Positions 47,559 to 57,360 of a DNA stretch of 64,000 nt are shown piece after piece. A model generated the notes under the pieces. It was given only the letters and a program-made list of their open reading frames with translations. It was not told where the DNA came from and made no database searches. Every line of letters begins with the position of its first letter. Position 1 is the stretch's first letter. The DNA comes from a virus (Duplodnaviria; Caudoviricetes), in the IMG/VR virus record IMGVR_UViG_3300032289_001255, positions 17,432-81,431 of that record; one strand, written 5' to 3'. A program made the position numbers and the translations under genes.

Positions 47559-47904
47559 TCAACTAGACGATAGTAAAAAACAAATACAATTTACCCATGG
47601 AATTTATTCTTTAGAAAATAACAAATCTACAAAATGGATTTGGTCCTCTCCTAAATTTGGGGGGTTGATAAATAACGTTGATTATATTACATTAACAGTC
47701 ACATCCGAAGTAGATAATACATTGTATTACGACAATAATGAAATGGAATTAAAAACAGATTGTTTGAATGTAGTAAAAATCAAAACATCTGGAAAATCAG
47801 AATTTGAAATAAATTTGAAAGATCCATATATAGTATCAGGTGATAATAGAACACTAGGAGTTAAGATATTGTCAATATCTATTGATAACGATGTTATTTT
47901 TTAA
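47542..47904 (+). CDS. Hypothetical beta-sandwich module resembling a GT C-terminal accessory domain
   Basis: GIYSLE..KWIWS...GDNRTLGV pattern. Confidence 0.4.
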   Translation: MKINYNQLDDSKKQIQFTHGIYSLENNKSTKWIWSSPKFGGLINNVDYITLTVTSEVDNTLYYDNNEMELKTDCLNVVKIKTSGKSEFEINLKDPYIVSGDNRTLGVKILSISIDNDVIF

Positions 47905-47936
47905 TTACGTAATATATACAAGTCCCATGAGAAAAT

Positions 47937-48656
47937 ATGACAAGTTTATATCCAAAATCGCTTAACATAGAAACTACATCAATTTGCAATTTAAAATGTG
48001 TAATGTGTACTCAGTCGGCTGAAAATTTTGGAAGAGCTAAAGTTCATTTGTCTGAGAACACTTTGGAACAATTAAAACCGTATATATTAAATGCAGAATT
48101 TATACAATTGCATGGAATTGGAGAACCAACTTTAAGTCTATCATTCTGGAAATGTTTAGAAGTATTAAACAATAATAGTTGGTCATCTACTAATACTAAT
48201 TTGGTAAGTTTATCCGAAGAAAAAATGATAAAATTAGTTAATTCTTCGTTAAAACATTTGAGTGTTTCTATCGATTCCCCCAATGTTGAAACATACTCTA
48301 AAATAAGAGGTGCAAATCTTAATAATGTAATTGAAAATATTAAAAAATTAATGTCTTATAAAGAACAATATAAATCGAATTTAACAATCACGTTAAACAT
48401 GACATTAATGAGAGAAAATATTTTGGAATTGAAAGATGCCATAGATTTATGTGTAGATCTTAATATAAACATATTAGATACTTGGCCATTGAATAATTGG
48501 GAAGGTGAACAGTTTAATAGGCAAATTAGAAATTGGACTTTTAATTATGAAGATCAATTGCCTTGGAAGTTTCAAGAACTATATAATAATGAAATTGATA
48601 AAATATCAATTTATGCAAATGAAAAAAATATTAAATTTACTTATCATAAAATATGA
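47937..48656 (+). CDS. Radical SAM protein (SPASM domain encoded separately)
   Basis: CNLKCVMC (CxxxCxxC), LHGIGEPTL, TNTN, SVSIDS, KIRGANL. Confidence 0.9.
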   Translation: MTSLYPKSLNIETTSICNLKCVMCTQSAENFGRAKVHLSENTLEQLKPYILNAEFIQLHGIGEPTLSLSFWKCLEVLNNNSWSSTNTNLVSLSEEKMIKLVNSSLKHLSVSIDSPNVETYSKIRGANLNNVIENIKKLMSYKEQYKSNLTITLNMTLMRENILELKDAIDLCVDLNINILDTWPLNNWEGEQFNRQIRNWTFNYEDQLPWKFQELYNNEIDKISIYANEKNIKFTYHKI

Positions 48657-48895
48657 AACTTGAAATAAAAGATTGTAAACATCCGTGGGAGAATTTACAA
48701 GTATTAGCTACAGGCGAAGTAAGAGTTTGTTGTTGGAGTTCACAACACTTAGGCAATCTCAATAAAGATACACTCGACGATATTTGGCTTGGAAAAACTC
48801 TTCAAGAATTAAGAGAATTTGTTAAATCTAACAAATTACACCCTATTTGTAATGGCGCTCCGTGTCCATATGTTCAATCATATATAAAAAATTAA
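48653..48895 (+). CDS. Stand-alone SPASM/twitch Fe-S domain
   Basis: CKHPW..LQVLATGEVRVCC..LGNLNKDTLDDIW...ICNGAPCP. Confidence 0.8.
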   Translation: MKLEIKDCKHPWENLQVLATGEVRVCCWSSQHLGNLNKDTLDDIWLGKTLQELREFVKSNKLHPICNGAPCPYVQSYIKN

Positions 48896-50037
48896 GAATT
48901 TATATAATCTTTTAATTTTTGTATATCATTGAATTTAAATGGTTGATCTGGTACGCGTCTACAAACATCTGGATACATATCCACACCCAATAATTCAACC
49001 CCACTTGTAATTAGATGTAATTTTGTTTGTTTGACTGTACATAACCACTCTAACATTTGTTTCCATTCAGCATAATGTGGACCTGTGATAATAATATTTT
49101 TAGTACACGGAGATTCAAAAATTATGTTAAATGTTGTGGATCCTCCTTGTTGTATAATACAGTCTGAATTATTTACTAATTTTATTTTTTCAAAAATATT
49201 AAGATCCATTAATTCTACATTCTCAAATCCTAAAGGTTCTATTTCTTTATAAACTTCTTTTTCGTTCGTCATATATCTAAAGTGATACCATCCGTTTTTT
49301 TGAGTATCCAATCTAGATATAAAATTATTTTTTGCAAATGTTCTTTTTACTTTTTTGCTTTCTTCAACTAATAAGTTATATAATTCGAATTGAGTGTCGT
49401 TCCACAACCAAACATCTTGAGAAGTATATGGTACAGGCAAAATTAACGTATCAATGTGATAAACTTTTCCCATTTCTAAAGGCAAAAATTTATCAAATAA
49501 ATTATTGTGTTTCAAATAAAAGTCAGTGATATCTTCAGCAAAATCACTTCTAAAACTCAACTTTTTTATAAAACTTTTATCGTTTACATCATTTGCATAA
49601 TTTATTATGGGTCTTATTTGACCAAATTTAACATTTGAGTTGCTTTTACATATTTGGGGATAATACCACATTTTTGGATATACATCTGTTAAAAAATGAC
49701 TGTAATTCCACTCTAAATAATCATAGCAAAAAAACAATTCATCTACGTGTACATCTATTTTTAAATTTTTAGATTCTTCGGAATATTCACCATATTCTAA
49801 GCTAGGATTTTTTTCGTCATACCATAAAGCATTAGTATCAGGATGTCTATTAATGTATTTTTTAATTCTATAATTTTCACTGTATACTTTTATATTATTA
49901 TAAACATCGTCCAACGTAAGCTTAGAAAAATTTGTTAAATCAATAATACAATTTTTCAAAATAAAACATGTATTTTTGTTTTTATAAATATCTGGTATTA
50001 TTTTTAATTCAGGAAACGTATATTGATCGAAACTCAT
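48892..50037 (-). CDS. Glycosyltransferase family 61 (DUF563)-like
   Basis: NYSHFLTDVYP, FISR, RYMTNE, DLNIFEKIKLVNNSDCII..GG. Confidence 0.75.
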   Translation of the reverse strand: MSFDQYTFPELKIIPDIYKNKNTCFILKNCIIDLTNFSKLTLDDVYNNIKVYSENYRIKKYINRHPDTNALWYDEKNPSLEYGEYSEESKNLKIDVHVDELFFCYDYLEWNYSHFLTDVYPKMWYYPQICKSNSNVKFGQIRPIINYANDVNDKSFIKKLSFRSDFAEDITDFYLKHNNLFDKFLPLEMGKVYHIDTLILPVPYTSQDVWLWNDTQFELYNLLVEESKKVKRTFAKNNFISRLDTQKNGWYHFRYMTNEKEVYKEIEPLGFENVELMDLNIFEKIKLVNNSDCIIQQGGSTTFNIIFESPCTKNIIITGPHYAEWKQMLEWLCTVKQTKLHLITSGVELLGVDMYPDVCRRVPDQPFKFNDIQKLKDYINS

Positions 50038-50078
50038 GTTAATATGTATTAAAAATACATTCCTGTTTACTATTTTTT

Positions 50079-50690
50079 ATGAATAATTCTTTTAATGGGT
50101 GGTTATATGTTGACACATACAATTTAAATAAAGTCGTTGATTTGGTATTAACTAATGGAACGTGTGAAACTATAAAATCAGATACGTGGTTAACTCCGAT
50201 GATTGGCGATAGAAACAATAATTTATCAATACTTGATTTTGGATGTGGAGTAGGACGTAATATTTTTGAGTTTTCACAAATTCTACCAAAATGGAAATTT
50301 TGTGGATATGATAATCCAAACATGTTAAAAAAAGCAAAAGAGTATTCTATTAAAAAATTTAATAAAAACATCGAAGATTATCCTAACCTTCAACTTTTTT
50401 CTGAGTGGGATGCTCTGAAATCGGTTAAATTTGATTGTATATACGCGACCATTGTTTTTCAACATATATACGAAAAAGATCTTAATATATATTTACAAGA
50501 TATAAAGAAGATGACTAATAGATTAATTGTATCTGGTCGAAGATTTAACGATGATAGTGTAAATGGTAAACACAAAAATACATGGCAAATTTTGGAAAAC
50601 AACGGATTATATCCATCCAACGATAAACAGATCAATTATAAAATTAATGGAGATCCAGATGAACACATAACATGTATATATGATATTTGA
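50079..50690 (+). CDS. Class I SAM-dependent methyltransferase
   Basis: ILDFGCGVGRN, FDCIYATIVFQH. Confidence 0.85.
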   Translation: MNNSFNGWLYVDTYNLNKVVDLVLTNGTCETIKSDTWLTPMIGDRNNNLSILDFGCGVGRNIFEFSQILPKWKFCGYDNPNMLKKAKEYSIKKFNKNIEDYPNLQLFSEWDALKSVKFDCIYATIVFQHIYEKDLNIYLQDIKKMTNRLIVSGRRFNDDSVNGKHKNTWQILENNGLYPSNDKQINYKINGDPDEHITCIYDI

Positions 50691-51558
50691 TTTAAAAGAT
50701 TTAGAAATACAAGTTCTGAAAAAATTTGATGGGGTTAACAATTATTTCAATCCTTCTCATTTTAATGGTAGAACCATATTTCGTAGAGAAAGTAAGTTTG
50801 ATGATAAACTATTGGTCAGTGATATTGTAGATGATCAAGATATTGTTTTATTACAACATTACATGGATGACATGTATCTATGGAGTTACGAAGATGCTAG
50901 ATTTATAAATGAATCTGAAATTAGCGTGTGTTGTTGTAAACGAGATAAGCATGATGTTGAAAAAATAATAAATGTTGAGTTTAAAAAGTATAATTTAACT
51001 ACAAAAGAGTTTACACATTTTAAAACTCAAAATGCTCATTTTGAAAAACACTGGCAATTTTATAATGACAAGATAATTTATCATGTAAATCCATATACGA
51101 TTATGGATAGTAATGAAAATATTATATACAAAAAACAAATTAATTTACAACCTTGGATTGAAAAATATGGTAATCCTGGTTTGAGTACAAATGTCTTTGA
51201 AGTAGATGATATTAAGTATTTACTGTTTCATAGTTATGTAACTCACAATGGAATTAATTTAAAATATTACGTTGGGATTTTAAAATTAAATGACGATTTA
51301 ACTCCAATTGAATATTGTAACGATCCATTTTTTGGTAGTGTAGAAGGTTATGAAAATCAAATATTTAGAAATTATTTCGATTGGAAAAGAAAATTAGACA
51401 TAACTCCCACAATAGTTGATGTTATATTTCCTATGACAGTTACAACCGACCATGACAATATTAATATATATTCCGGCATTAATGACTACGTGAGTCTAAA
51501 AATTGTAATTAATAAACAAAAATATATTGAAAATGTCAAATTTAGAATAATTGATTGA
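50680..51558 (+). CDS. Five-bladed beta-propeller glycosidase/phosphorylase-like protein (GH130/GH43-like)
   Basis: YFNPS, YEDAR, EKHW, LFHS, VIFP..IYSGIND. Confidence 0.55.
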   Translation: MIFDLKDLEIQVLKKFDGVNNYFNPSHFNGRTIFRRESKFDDKLLVSDIVDDQDIVLLQHYMDDMYLWSYEDARFINESEISVCCCKRDKHDVEKIINVEFKKYNLTTKEFTHFKTQNAHFEKHWQFYNDKIIYHVNPYTIMDSNENIIYKKQINLQPWIEKYGNPGLSTNVFEVDDIKYLLFHSYVTHNGINLKYYVGILKLNDDLTPIEYCNDPFFGSVEGYENQIFRNYFDWKRKLDITPTIVDVIFPMTVTTDHDNINIYSGINDYVSLKIVINKQKYIENVKFRIID

Positions 51559-52447
51559 AAAAATTCAATAGATTTGTTTGATTTCTAGACATAATATCAA
51601 GATACATTTCACGACGTTGTTTATTTTTGCCAATAGGATCGAACGTTTTTAATTTATTTTTAAATTCCGTTGGATCTACATAAAAACTTTGCCTAAATGG
51701 ATATAAGTTTGATACATTATCATTATCAAACAAATATTGCAAGTTAATATTTTTTGATGTAGGCAACATGTGAACTAACGAAGTGTCCAATTGTTCTTTG
51801 AATACTGGAATATCACTACATATAATTTCCGATCCAGTGGACAGTCCTTCGAATAAATAATGTCCCCAACTTTCATATAAACTAATACAAATGTGTGTCG
51901 AATGAGAATTTAATAATGTGATTATTTGATTTGTTGATTGGTATGTATTTACATGAGAAATATTATTTTTAGGACTGTATCTATAGTATGGATCTATGAG
52001 TGTTATTGGCAATTCTTGTTCTAATACTAATTCAGTATTTTTTTGTATTGATCGTCCCATGAAGTTCAAAAATTTATTAGTTTTTTGTATATCCGAACGA
52101 TAATAGTCATGTGACACAAATGGTAAACAAACGCAATTGCAATGTGATTTTAGTAAATTGTATGCATACATTGATTTGCACACAACGAAGTTAAATTTTT
52201 TTAGATCCTCAAATGAACGATCAAACCATTCTTCATTAATAAAAAAAATGTTAAATTTAAAATTATCTAACATATTTGAATGATAATTTTGAATCCAAAT
52301 AGCAATATCAGATTTATAATTAAAATCGATTGTATCTAGAAAAGTAATACTAACATCCGTTGTTATTTTTTTAATTATATTCCTCAATAATATTGAGTCT
52401 GTTAAAATTCCAACATAATTATTAAAAGTCAATATATCACATTTCAT
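51542..52447 (-). CDS. GT-B glycosyltransferase
   Basis: INEEWF, VVCKS, SLYESWGHYLFEGLSTG..IICSDIP. Confidence 0.7.
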   Translation of the reverse strand: MKCDILTFNNYVGILTDSILLRNIIKKITTDVSITFLDTIDFNYKSDIAIWIQNYHSNMLDNFKFNIFFINEEWFDRSFEDLKKFNFVVCKSMYAYNLLKSHCNCVCLPFVSHDYYRSDIQKTNKFLNFMGRSIQKNTELVLEQELPITLIDPYYRYSPKNNISHVNTYQSTNQIITLLNSHSTHICISLYESWGHYLFEGLSTGSEIICSDIPVFKEQLDTSLVHMLPTSKNINLQYLFDNDNVSNLYPFRQSFYVDPTEFKNKLKTFDPIGKNKQRREMYLDIMSRNQTNLLNFFNQLF

Positions 52448-52459
52448 ACCTATACGTAT

Positions 52460-53137
52460 ATGTCACGTGTCATATTATTCAGCCATCATTACGTTAATGA
52501 CAAAATTATTGAACGGTTTAATAATTTAATAAATTTAAATCCGACATGGGATGTACATCCAATTGGATTTCAAGGATACAGTTTATTACCAAATTCTCTG
52601 ATTGTTAATAAAGACAAATACCCCACAAATTTTGAATTAAGAGAGACGCATCCAAATCATCATGTAGATTGGTTTGACCCAGATTTATTTATTTACGATG
52701 GCTTTTTACAATGCCCAAATTATGATGCATATTTTTTATATGAATATGATACAATATGTAATATTCCCATTGATTATTTTTTTGATACAAGTTTAGATTT
52801 CTTTGGTAATAATATATCTTATCCAGCAAACGAGACATGGGAATGGGTAGAAAGATACAGATTAACAAATAAATATCATTATCATTTTAAAACATTATAT
52901 GCATATGGTCAATCAACATGCATTTATTTTAAAAAACATATATTAGAACAATGTGTAAATGAATTATTTACAAATAAACATTTATATAATAATATGCTGT
53001 CTGAACTCAGAGGTGGAACATTAGCTCAAAAATTTACAAATCTTAAAAAAGGAAGAGTTGATATAGATAAATTTATTACATGGCATCAAATAGATCCGTG
53101 TTTAACAGGTGAATATTTTTATCATCCTATGAAATAA
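52460..53137 (+). CDS. Putative GT-A glycosyltransferase
   Basis: YFLYEYDT (ExD), SELRGGT, FYHPMK. Confidence 0.45.
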   Translation: MSRVILFSHHYVNDKIIERFNNLINLNPTWDVHPIGFQGYSLLPNSLIVNKDKYPTNFELRETHPNHHVDWFDPDLFIYDGFLQCPNYDAYFLYEYDTICNIPIDYFFDTSLDFFGNNISYPANETWEWVERYRLTNKYHYHFKTLYAYGQSTCIYFKKHILEQCVNELFTNKHLYNNMLSELRGGTLAQKFTNLKKGRVDIDKFITWHQIDPCLTGEYFYHPMK

Positions 53138-53834
53138 TATTAATGTCTTTAATTCCAGAAGCATGTGCATTTAAATGCAATAATTTTACTGGATTTTTAT
53201 TGTCTTTTTCATAGATGCATGGAGGATGTGTGTATCCCGAATGTAATAATCTAGACGGATTATTTAATATATATTTATTAAAATGTGATTCATCGTGCCA
53301 CAAAGCGATATAGTTATTTTTTAGATCAATATTGATGTTTTCATTTAATTCTTCCGACATTTTTACAAATATATGTGAAGATGCTCCAAAAAAACAAGCT
53401 TGGCAATATTTTCCATATAGTTCATCTGTTACTTCCACATATGCGGTTGATCGTGTGTTTGTTTCATATGTACCGGTAGAATTTTCCAAGTAGAAATGTT
53501 TTGTAGCAATCATTTCATTATTTGATGGTAGTATTTCTTCATCTATGGATGAATGAACCAACATATCACAATCAATATAATAAACATAATCAAATGTTTT
53601 TAATATGTTTGATATATTAGTAAAATAAAAAAATCTCATTAAAGTGGTGATCGGCCACGGCAAATGATTGATTTTAATTACATTTGTATTTGTATAATTT
53701 ATATCTACGTCTGTAAATACAAATAATGTTTTATCATGATTCGGTAAAAACTTTAAAAATATACTTTTATGTAGTGGTTCTAAAAATGAAGTATATTTGC
53801 TTGTTGCAATTGTTAATAATGCTATTTTTGCCAT
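53127..53834 (-). CDS. Glycosyltransferase family 6 (ABO-like alpha-1,3-Gal/GalNAc transferase)
   Basis: IATSKY, FVFTD, WPITTLMRF, YYIDCDM (DxD), WHDESHFNKY. Confidence 0.9.
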   Translation of the reverse strand: MAKIALLTIATSKYTSFLEPLHKSIFLKFLPNHDKTLFVFTDVDINYTNTNVIKINHLPWPITTLMRFFYFTNISNILKTFDYVYYIDCDMLVHSSIDEEILPSNNEMIATKHFYLENSTGTYETNTRSTAYVEVTDELYGKYCQACFFGASSHIFVKMSEELNENINIDLKNNYIALWHDESHFNKYILNNPSRLLHSGYTHPPCIYEKDNKNPVKLLHLNAHASGIKDINIIS

Positions 53835-54547
53835 AAATCAAATGTTTTGATTTTTTCCTTGTATTCTTGATATTTCCATCCTGTAAAATGATAAATATAC
53901 CCTTCCATAACAGAAGAATCTAATGGTGGATCTATATAATTCCACTCTTTTGGTATGTAAACTAGTTGGTTTTTCAAATATCCCATCATTGCATAATTAA
54001 GAAGTGCTTGTTCCACTTGATGAATTTGCTTATATTCGTTTGAAATTAGAGACAGTGAATTTATTATTTTGTCAAATATACATATATGATTTTTTGGAGT
54101 AAACATAAACACACCCGCATTAAAAAATCCATTACAATATTCGTTGTGATCCAGATCAATTTTTAATGCATTTTTACATTGATCGTACCAAGGACTGCAT
54201 AATTGTACTTTTTTAAAATCATTCTTCACTTCATCTGATAAAAAAGATTGTTGCATGTCTTTAACAACATATACATTATTAATATCTACGAATGTTTCAA
54301 ATGGATTTGGTGCGTCGTGTTTTATGACAACATCTGTATCTAAATATAGACATCTGTTATAGTCCTTTACAATTTGTGGAAGATACAATTTAGTGAACAT
54401 ATCATGAAAGTCTGGTGGGTGCAAAGATTCTGTTATTTGAATATATTTACAATTCCATCGTTTACATGCGTTGTATATGCTATATAATGTGTTTCCAGAT
54501 ACAATATGTGGGTTGTTTTTGGTATTGAAGGAAACTATAACATTCAT
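53822..54547 (-). CDS. Glycosyltransferase family 8-like
   Basis: LYLDTDVVI, FFNAGVF, EQALLN, EWN, IYHFTG. Confidence 0.85.
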   Translation of the reverse strand: MNVIVSFNTKNNPHIVSGNTLYSIYNACKRWNCKYIQITESLHPPDFHDMFTKLYLPQIVKDYNRCLYLDTDVVIKHDAPNPFETFVDINNVYVVKDMQQSFLSDEVKNDFKKVQLCSPWYDQCKNALKIDLDHNEYCNGFFNAGVFMFTPKNHICIFDKIINSLSLISNEYKQIHQVEQALLNYAMMGYLKNQLVYIPKEWNYIDPPLDSSVMEGYIYHFTGWKYQEYKEKIKTFDLWQK

Positions 54548-54567
54548 AGAAATATATATATATTGTG

Positions 54568-55182
54568 ATGAAAAAAGGCCGACTTTTATATGTTATAATG
54601 ACAGGATCTATGTTTGAACACAGAGTGAAATCTATTAAAAGAACATGGTGTAAAAATGTAGATTATATCTTATATTCAGATCATGAGGATATTAGTGAGA
54701 ATATAGTTAAAGCTTCGAATCGTAGTGATTATCATAGTAACGAAGAAAAACAAATTAATATGTTAAATCGATTAACGGATGAATACGATTGGTTTTTCTT
54801 TTGTGATGATGATACGTTTGTTAACACTAAATTGATTGATAAGATTTTAAATCAACTAGATGAAAAACATGTTTATTCCAAGATTATTAACGAAAGTAAT
54901 AATCCTGACAATCCAGTATTTAAAAATCCTATTGTACCAAAAGGACTTTGTTATATGCAAGGTGGAACTGGATATTTTATAAGTCAACAAATAATTCAGA
55001 AAGTTAGACCTTTTAAAAATTATAATGTTGGATATTCAGATGTTAGTGTGGGAATAGATTTATATTATAATAATGTAGAGATAAAAGATATGTCTATATA
55101 TGATGAAAAATACAACATTAGTTATCATTTTATGAAAACATTTGATCAAATAAATGAAATGTATAATTTAATAAATTCATAA
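54568..55182 (+). CDS. GT31/Fringe-like glycosyltransferase
   Basis: IKRTW, WFFFCDDDTFVN, YMQGGTGY, SDVSVG, SYH. Confidence 0.8.
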   Translation: MKKGRLLYVIMTGSMFEHRVKSIKRTWCKNVDYILYSDHEDISENIVKASNRSDYHSNEEKQINMLNRLTDEYDWFFFCDDDTFVNTKLIDKILNQLDEKHVYSKIINESNNPDNPVFKNPIVPKGLCYMQGGTGYFISQQIIQKVRPFKNYNVGYSDVSVGIDLYYNNVEIKDMSIYDEKYNISYHFMKTFDQINEMYNLINS

Positions 55183-55183
55183 A

Positions 55184-55873
55184 ATGAAAATAGAAGAGTG
55201 GTCAAAATTAACGCAAGAAGAAATAAACCATTGGGATCGTGTATTTAATGGTTATATCAATCACATAAATTCATATTATCATGTATATACAAAAAGAAGG
55301 TTGAATGATAAATTGAGATTACATACAAATGTACAACATTTAGTCGATGATATAAATAAAGAACAAATTACAATTTTAGATGTAGGATCTGGCCCTTTGC
55401 CATTTTTAGGCAAAGTTTCTGATAAGATATTATTATTTACATGCGTTGATTATCTATCGTGTGAGTATGATAAATTGTACAATAAATATGACATACATCC
55501 ATCCGTTAAACCAATTCGATGTGATGCATCCGAGTTGAGTAATTTGTTTAATGAAAACCAATTTGATATTGTATATGCCAGAAATAGTATAGATCACGCA
55601 TTTAATCCTATAAAATGTATACAAGAAATGGTACATGTATCTAATAGTCATGTGATTTTAGAACATAAATTGAATGAAGGAATTATTGAAAACTATCAAG
55701 GGTTGCATCAATGGAACTTTTTTACTAAAGATTCAAAATTTTATATAAGTGACATGTATGGATGCGAATATTGTGTAAATGATTATTTATCAGTATCATC
55801 TATTGTATGTAAAGTCACAATTGAAGAAGAAGAAGGTATACCAGATTGGTTAGTAATTAATATCAAAAAATAA
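55184..55873 (+). CDS. Class I SAM-dependent methyltransferase
   Basis: ILDVGSGP, FDIVYARNSIDH, GLHQWNF. Confidence 0.82.
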   Translation: MKIEEWSKLTQEEINHWDRVFNGYINHINSYYHVYTKRRLNDKLRLHTNVQHLVDDINKEQITILDVGSGPLPFLGKVSDKILLFTCVDYLSCEYDKLYNKYDIHPSVKPIRCDASELSNLFNENQFDIVYARNSIDHAFNPIKCIQEMVHVSNSHVILEHKLNEGIIENYQGLHQWNFFTKDSKFYISDMYGCEYCVNDYLSVSSIVCKVTIEEEEGIPDWLVINIKK

Positions 55874-55874
55874 A

Positions 55875-56807
55875 ATGAAAATATTATTTGTAGTACATAG
55901 AGCATACCCATACAATGGCGGATCCGAATACAATGTTAAATTGATAAGTGAAGGTTTGTCAAACATAGGATATGATGTAACAATCCTAACAGATGTTTCA
56001 AATGGAAACTATGGAAAAGTGCGGGTTGTAAATGATAGAAATTTATTGTTCTCAAATGAATATGATTGGATTATTATTCACGGCAACGATATGCCTATTC
56101 AAGATTATGCGTTAAATAATATTACTAAGATTAAATCTAAAATTTTGTATTGGATAATAAAACCGTCGGACAGTGAAAGTGCAATTAATGGGTTTAAATA
56201 TGCGACTGCAGTTGGTTGGGGTACATCATATGATTATAAACACATAATCAAATATGATTGTTTAAACAAAGCAAAATATATAAGATATGCATCTGATATA
56301 CAAAACTCCATCGGCGTCAAATCAAATAATAAATTTAGATATTTTTGTAGTTCAGGCGGATTTGGTCATCATAAGAGATTCGATGAGTTGATACAAACAT
56401 TTCTAGATTCAAATATACCCAATACAAAATTGATACTAACTGGTTATATAGGAGACAAACCAAATATTAGTAATGATAATATTATGATATACTCCATAGA
56501 TAACAGATCGGATTATTTGAATATTTTAACCAATGCTGATTTATATATCATGAATAGTATTGATGAAGGATTTGGGTTGGTATTGCTAGATGCCATGATT
56601 AATAAAGTTCCGTGGATATCAAGAAACATTGCAGGTGCAACTGACATGATGGAATATGGAAACGTATATTCTGATTTAGAAAAATTAAAATTTTTAATGC
56701 AGAATTTTAGTCCCGATATAGAAAAAATAGAAAATTCATATAAATATGTTTTAAACGAACGATCCACATGTTCCATGATTAAAGATTTTGAATATATCTT
56801 CAAATAA
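55875..56807 (+). CDS. GT4-like glycosyltransferase
   Basis: YPYNGGSE, HKRFDEL, NSIDEGFGLVLLDAM..VPWIS. Confidence 0.85.
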   Translation: MKILFVVHRAYPYNGGSEYNVKLISEGLSNIGYDVTILTDVSNGNYGKVRVVNDRNLLFSNEYDWIIIHGNDMPIQDYALNNITKIKSKILYWIIKPSDSESAINGFKYATAVGWGTSYDYKHIIKYDCLNKAKYIRYASDIQNSIGVKSNNKFRYFCSSGGFGHHKRFDELIQTFLDSNIPNTKLILTGYIGDKPNISNDNIMIYSIDNRSDYLNILTNADLYIMNSIDEGFGLVLLDAMINKVPWISRNIAGATDMMEYGNVYSDLEKLKFLMQNFSPDIEKIENSYKYVLNERSTCSMIKDFEYIFK

Positions 56808-56824
56808 ACAATATTTATAAGTAT

Positions 56825-57358
56825 ATGTCTAAACTACAAGAATTGGGAGATACCGGCGACAGAATGATGCAAGGTTTACCTTTTGCTCAAGGAGGAGCTG
56901 TTTCTGGTGCTTCTGATGTGTCTATGTTTACGAGTCCCGATGTGTCACAAGATCCTAATCATTTTGGCACATTAACCGACAAAAGTAAAATTACAGCCGA
57001 TGCAAAAGATTCAATGTCAAAAATAACCCCATTTGGCCCGTATACTGGTCAAAACCCAAGAGATTATGTGGGGGATGTTGAAAAAATTAAATATAAAGTA
57101 ACTCCCGACGAAGTTATTATGGGTATTGATTATGAAATGAAGAAACTTGTACTAAAAGATAAACAAGTAGCCAAACAAAACGTTGTGAACAATTTAAAAA
57201 AAGACAATCAATATTACAGTAAACTTCATATGTTGGATATAACCGATGAACCTGAAAAGTCAGAGGAACCAGATTATCGCACCCCACAAGAAAAGGCTAT
57301 AGCTGAAATAATGAGGGATTTACACGAAAAGAAAAAACAACGTAGAAATTGGAGTTGA
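56825..57358 (+). CDS. Hypothetical virion-type protein with DUF5661-like motif
   Basis: PDEVIMGIDYEM...AKQNVVNNLKKDNQYYSKL resembles the motif in the 57558 ORF; preceded by ATATTTATA. Confidence 0.6.
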   Translation: MSKLQELGDTGDRMMQGLPFAQGGAVSGASDVSMFTSPDVSQDPNHFGTLTDKSKITADAKDSMSKITPFGPYTGQNPRDYVGDVEKIKYKVTPDEVIMGIDYEMKKLVLKDKQVAKQNVVNNLKKDNQYYSKLHMLDITDEPEKSEEPDYRTPQEKAIAEIMRDLHEKKKQRRNWS

Positions 57359-57360
57359 AT

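Noticed and set aside
50039-50371. Minus-strand ORF with alternative start, and a small ATGTATT/AATACAT palindrome at 50044-50060
   Set aside because: The ORF overlaps the methyltransferase on the other strand; the palindrome is short and all-AT apart from one pair, so chance is likely
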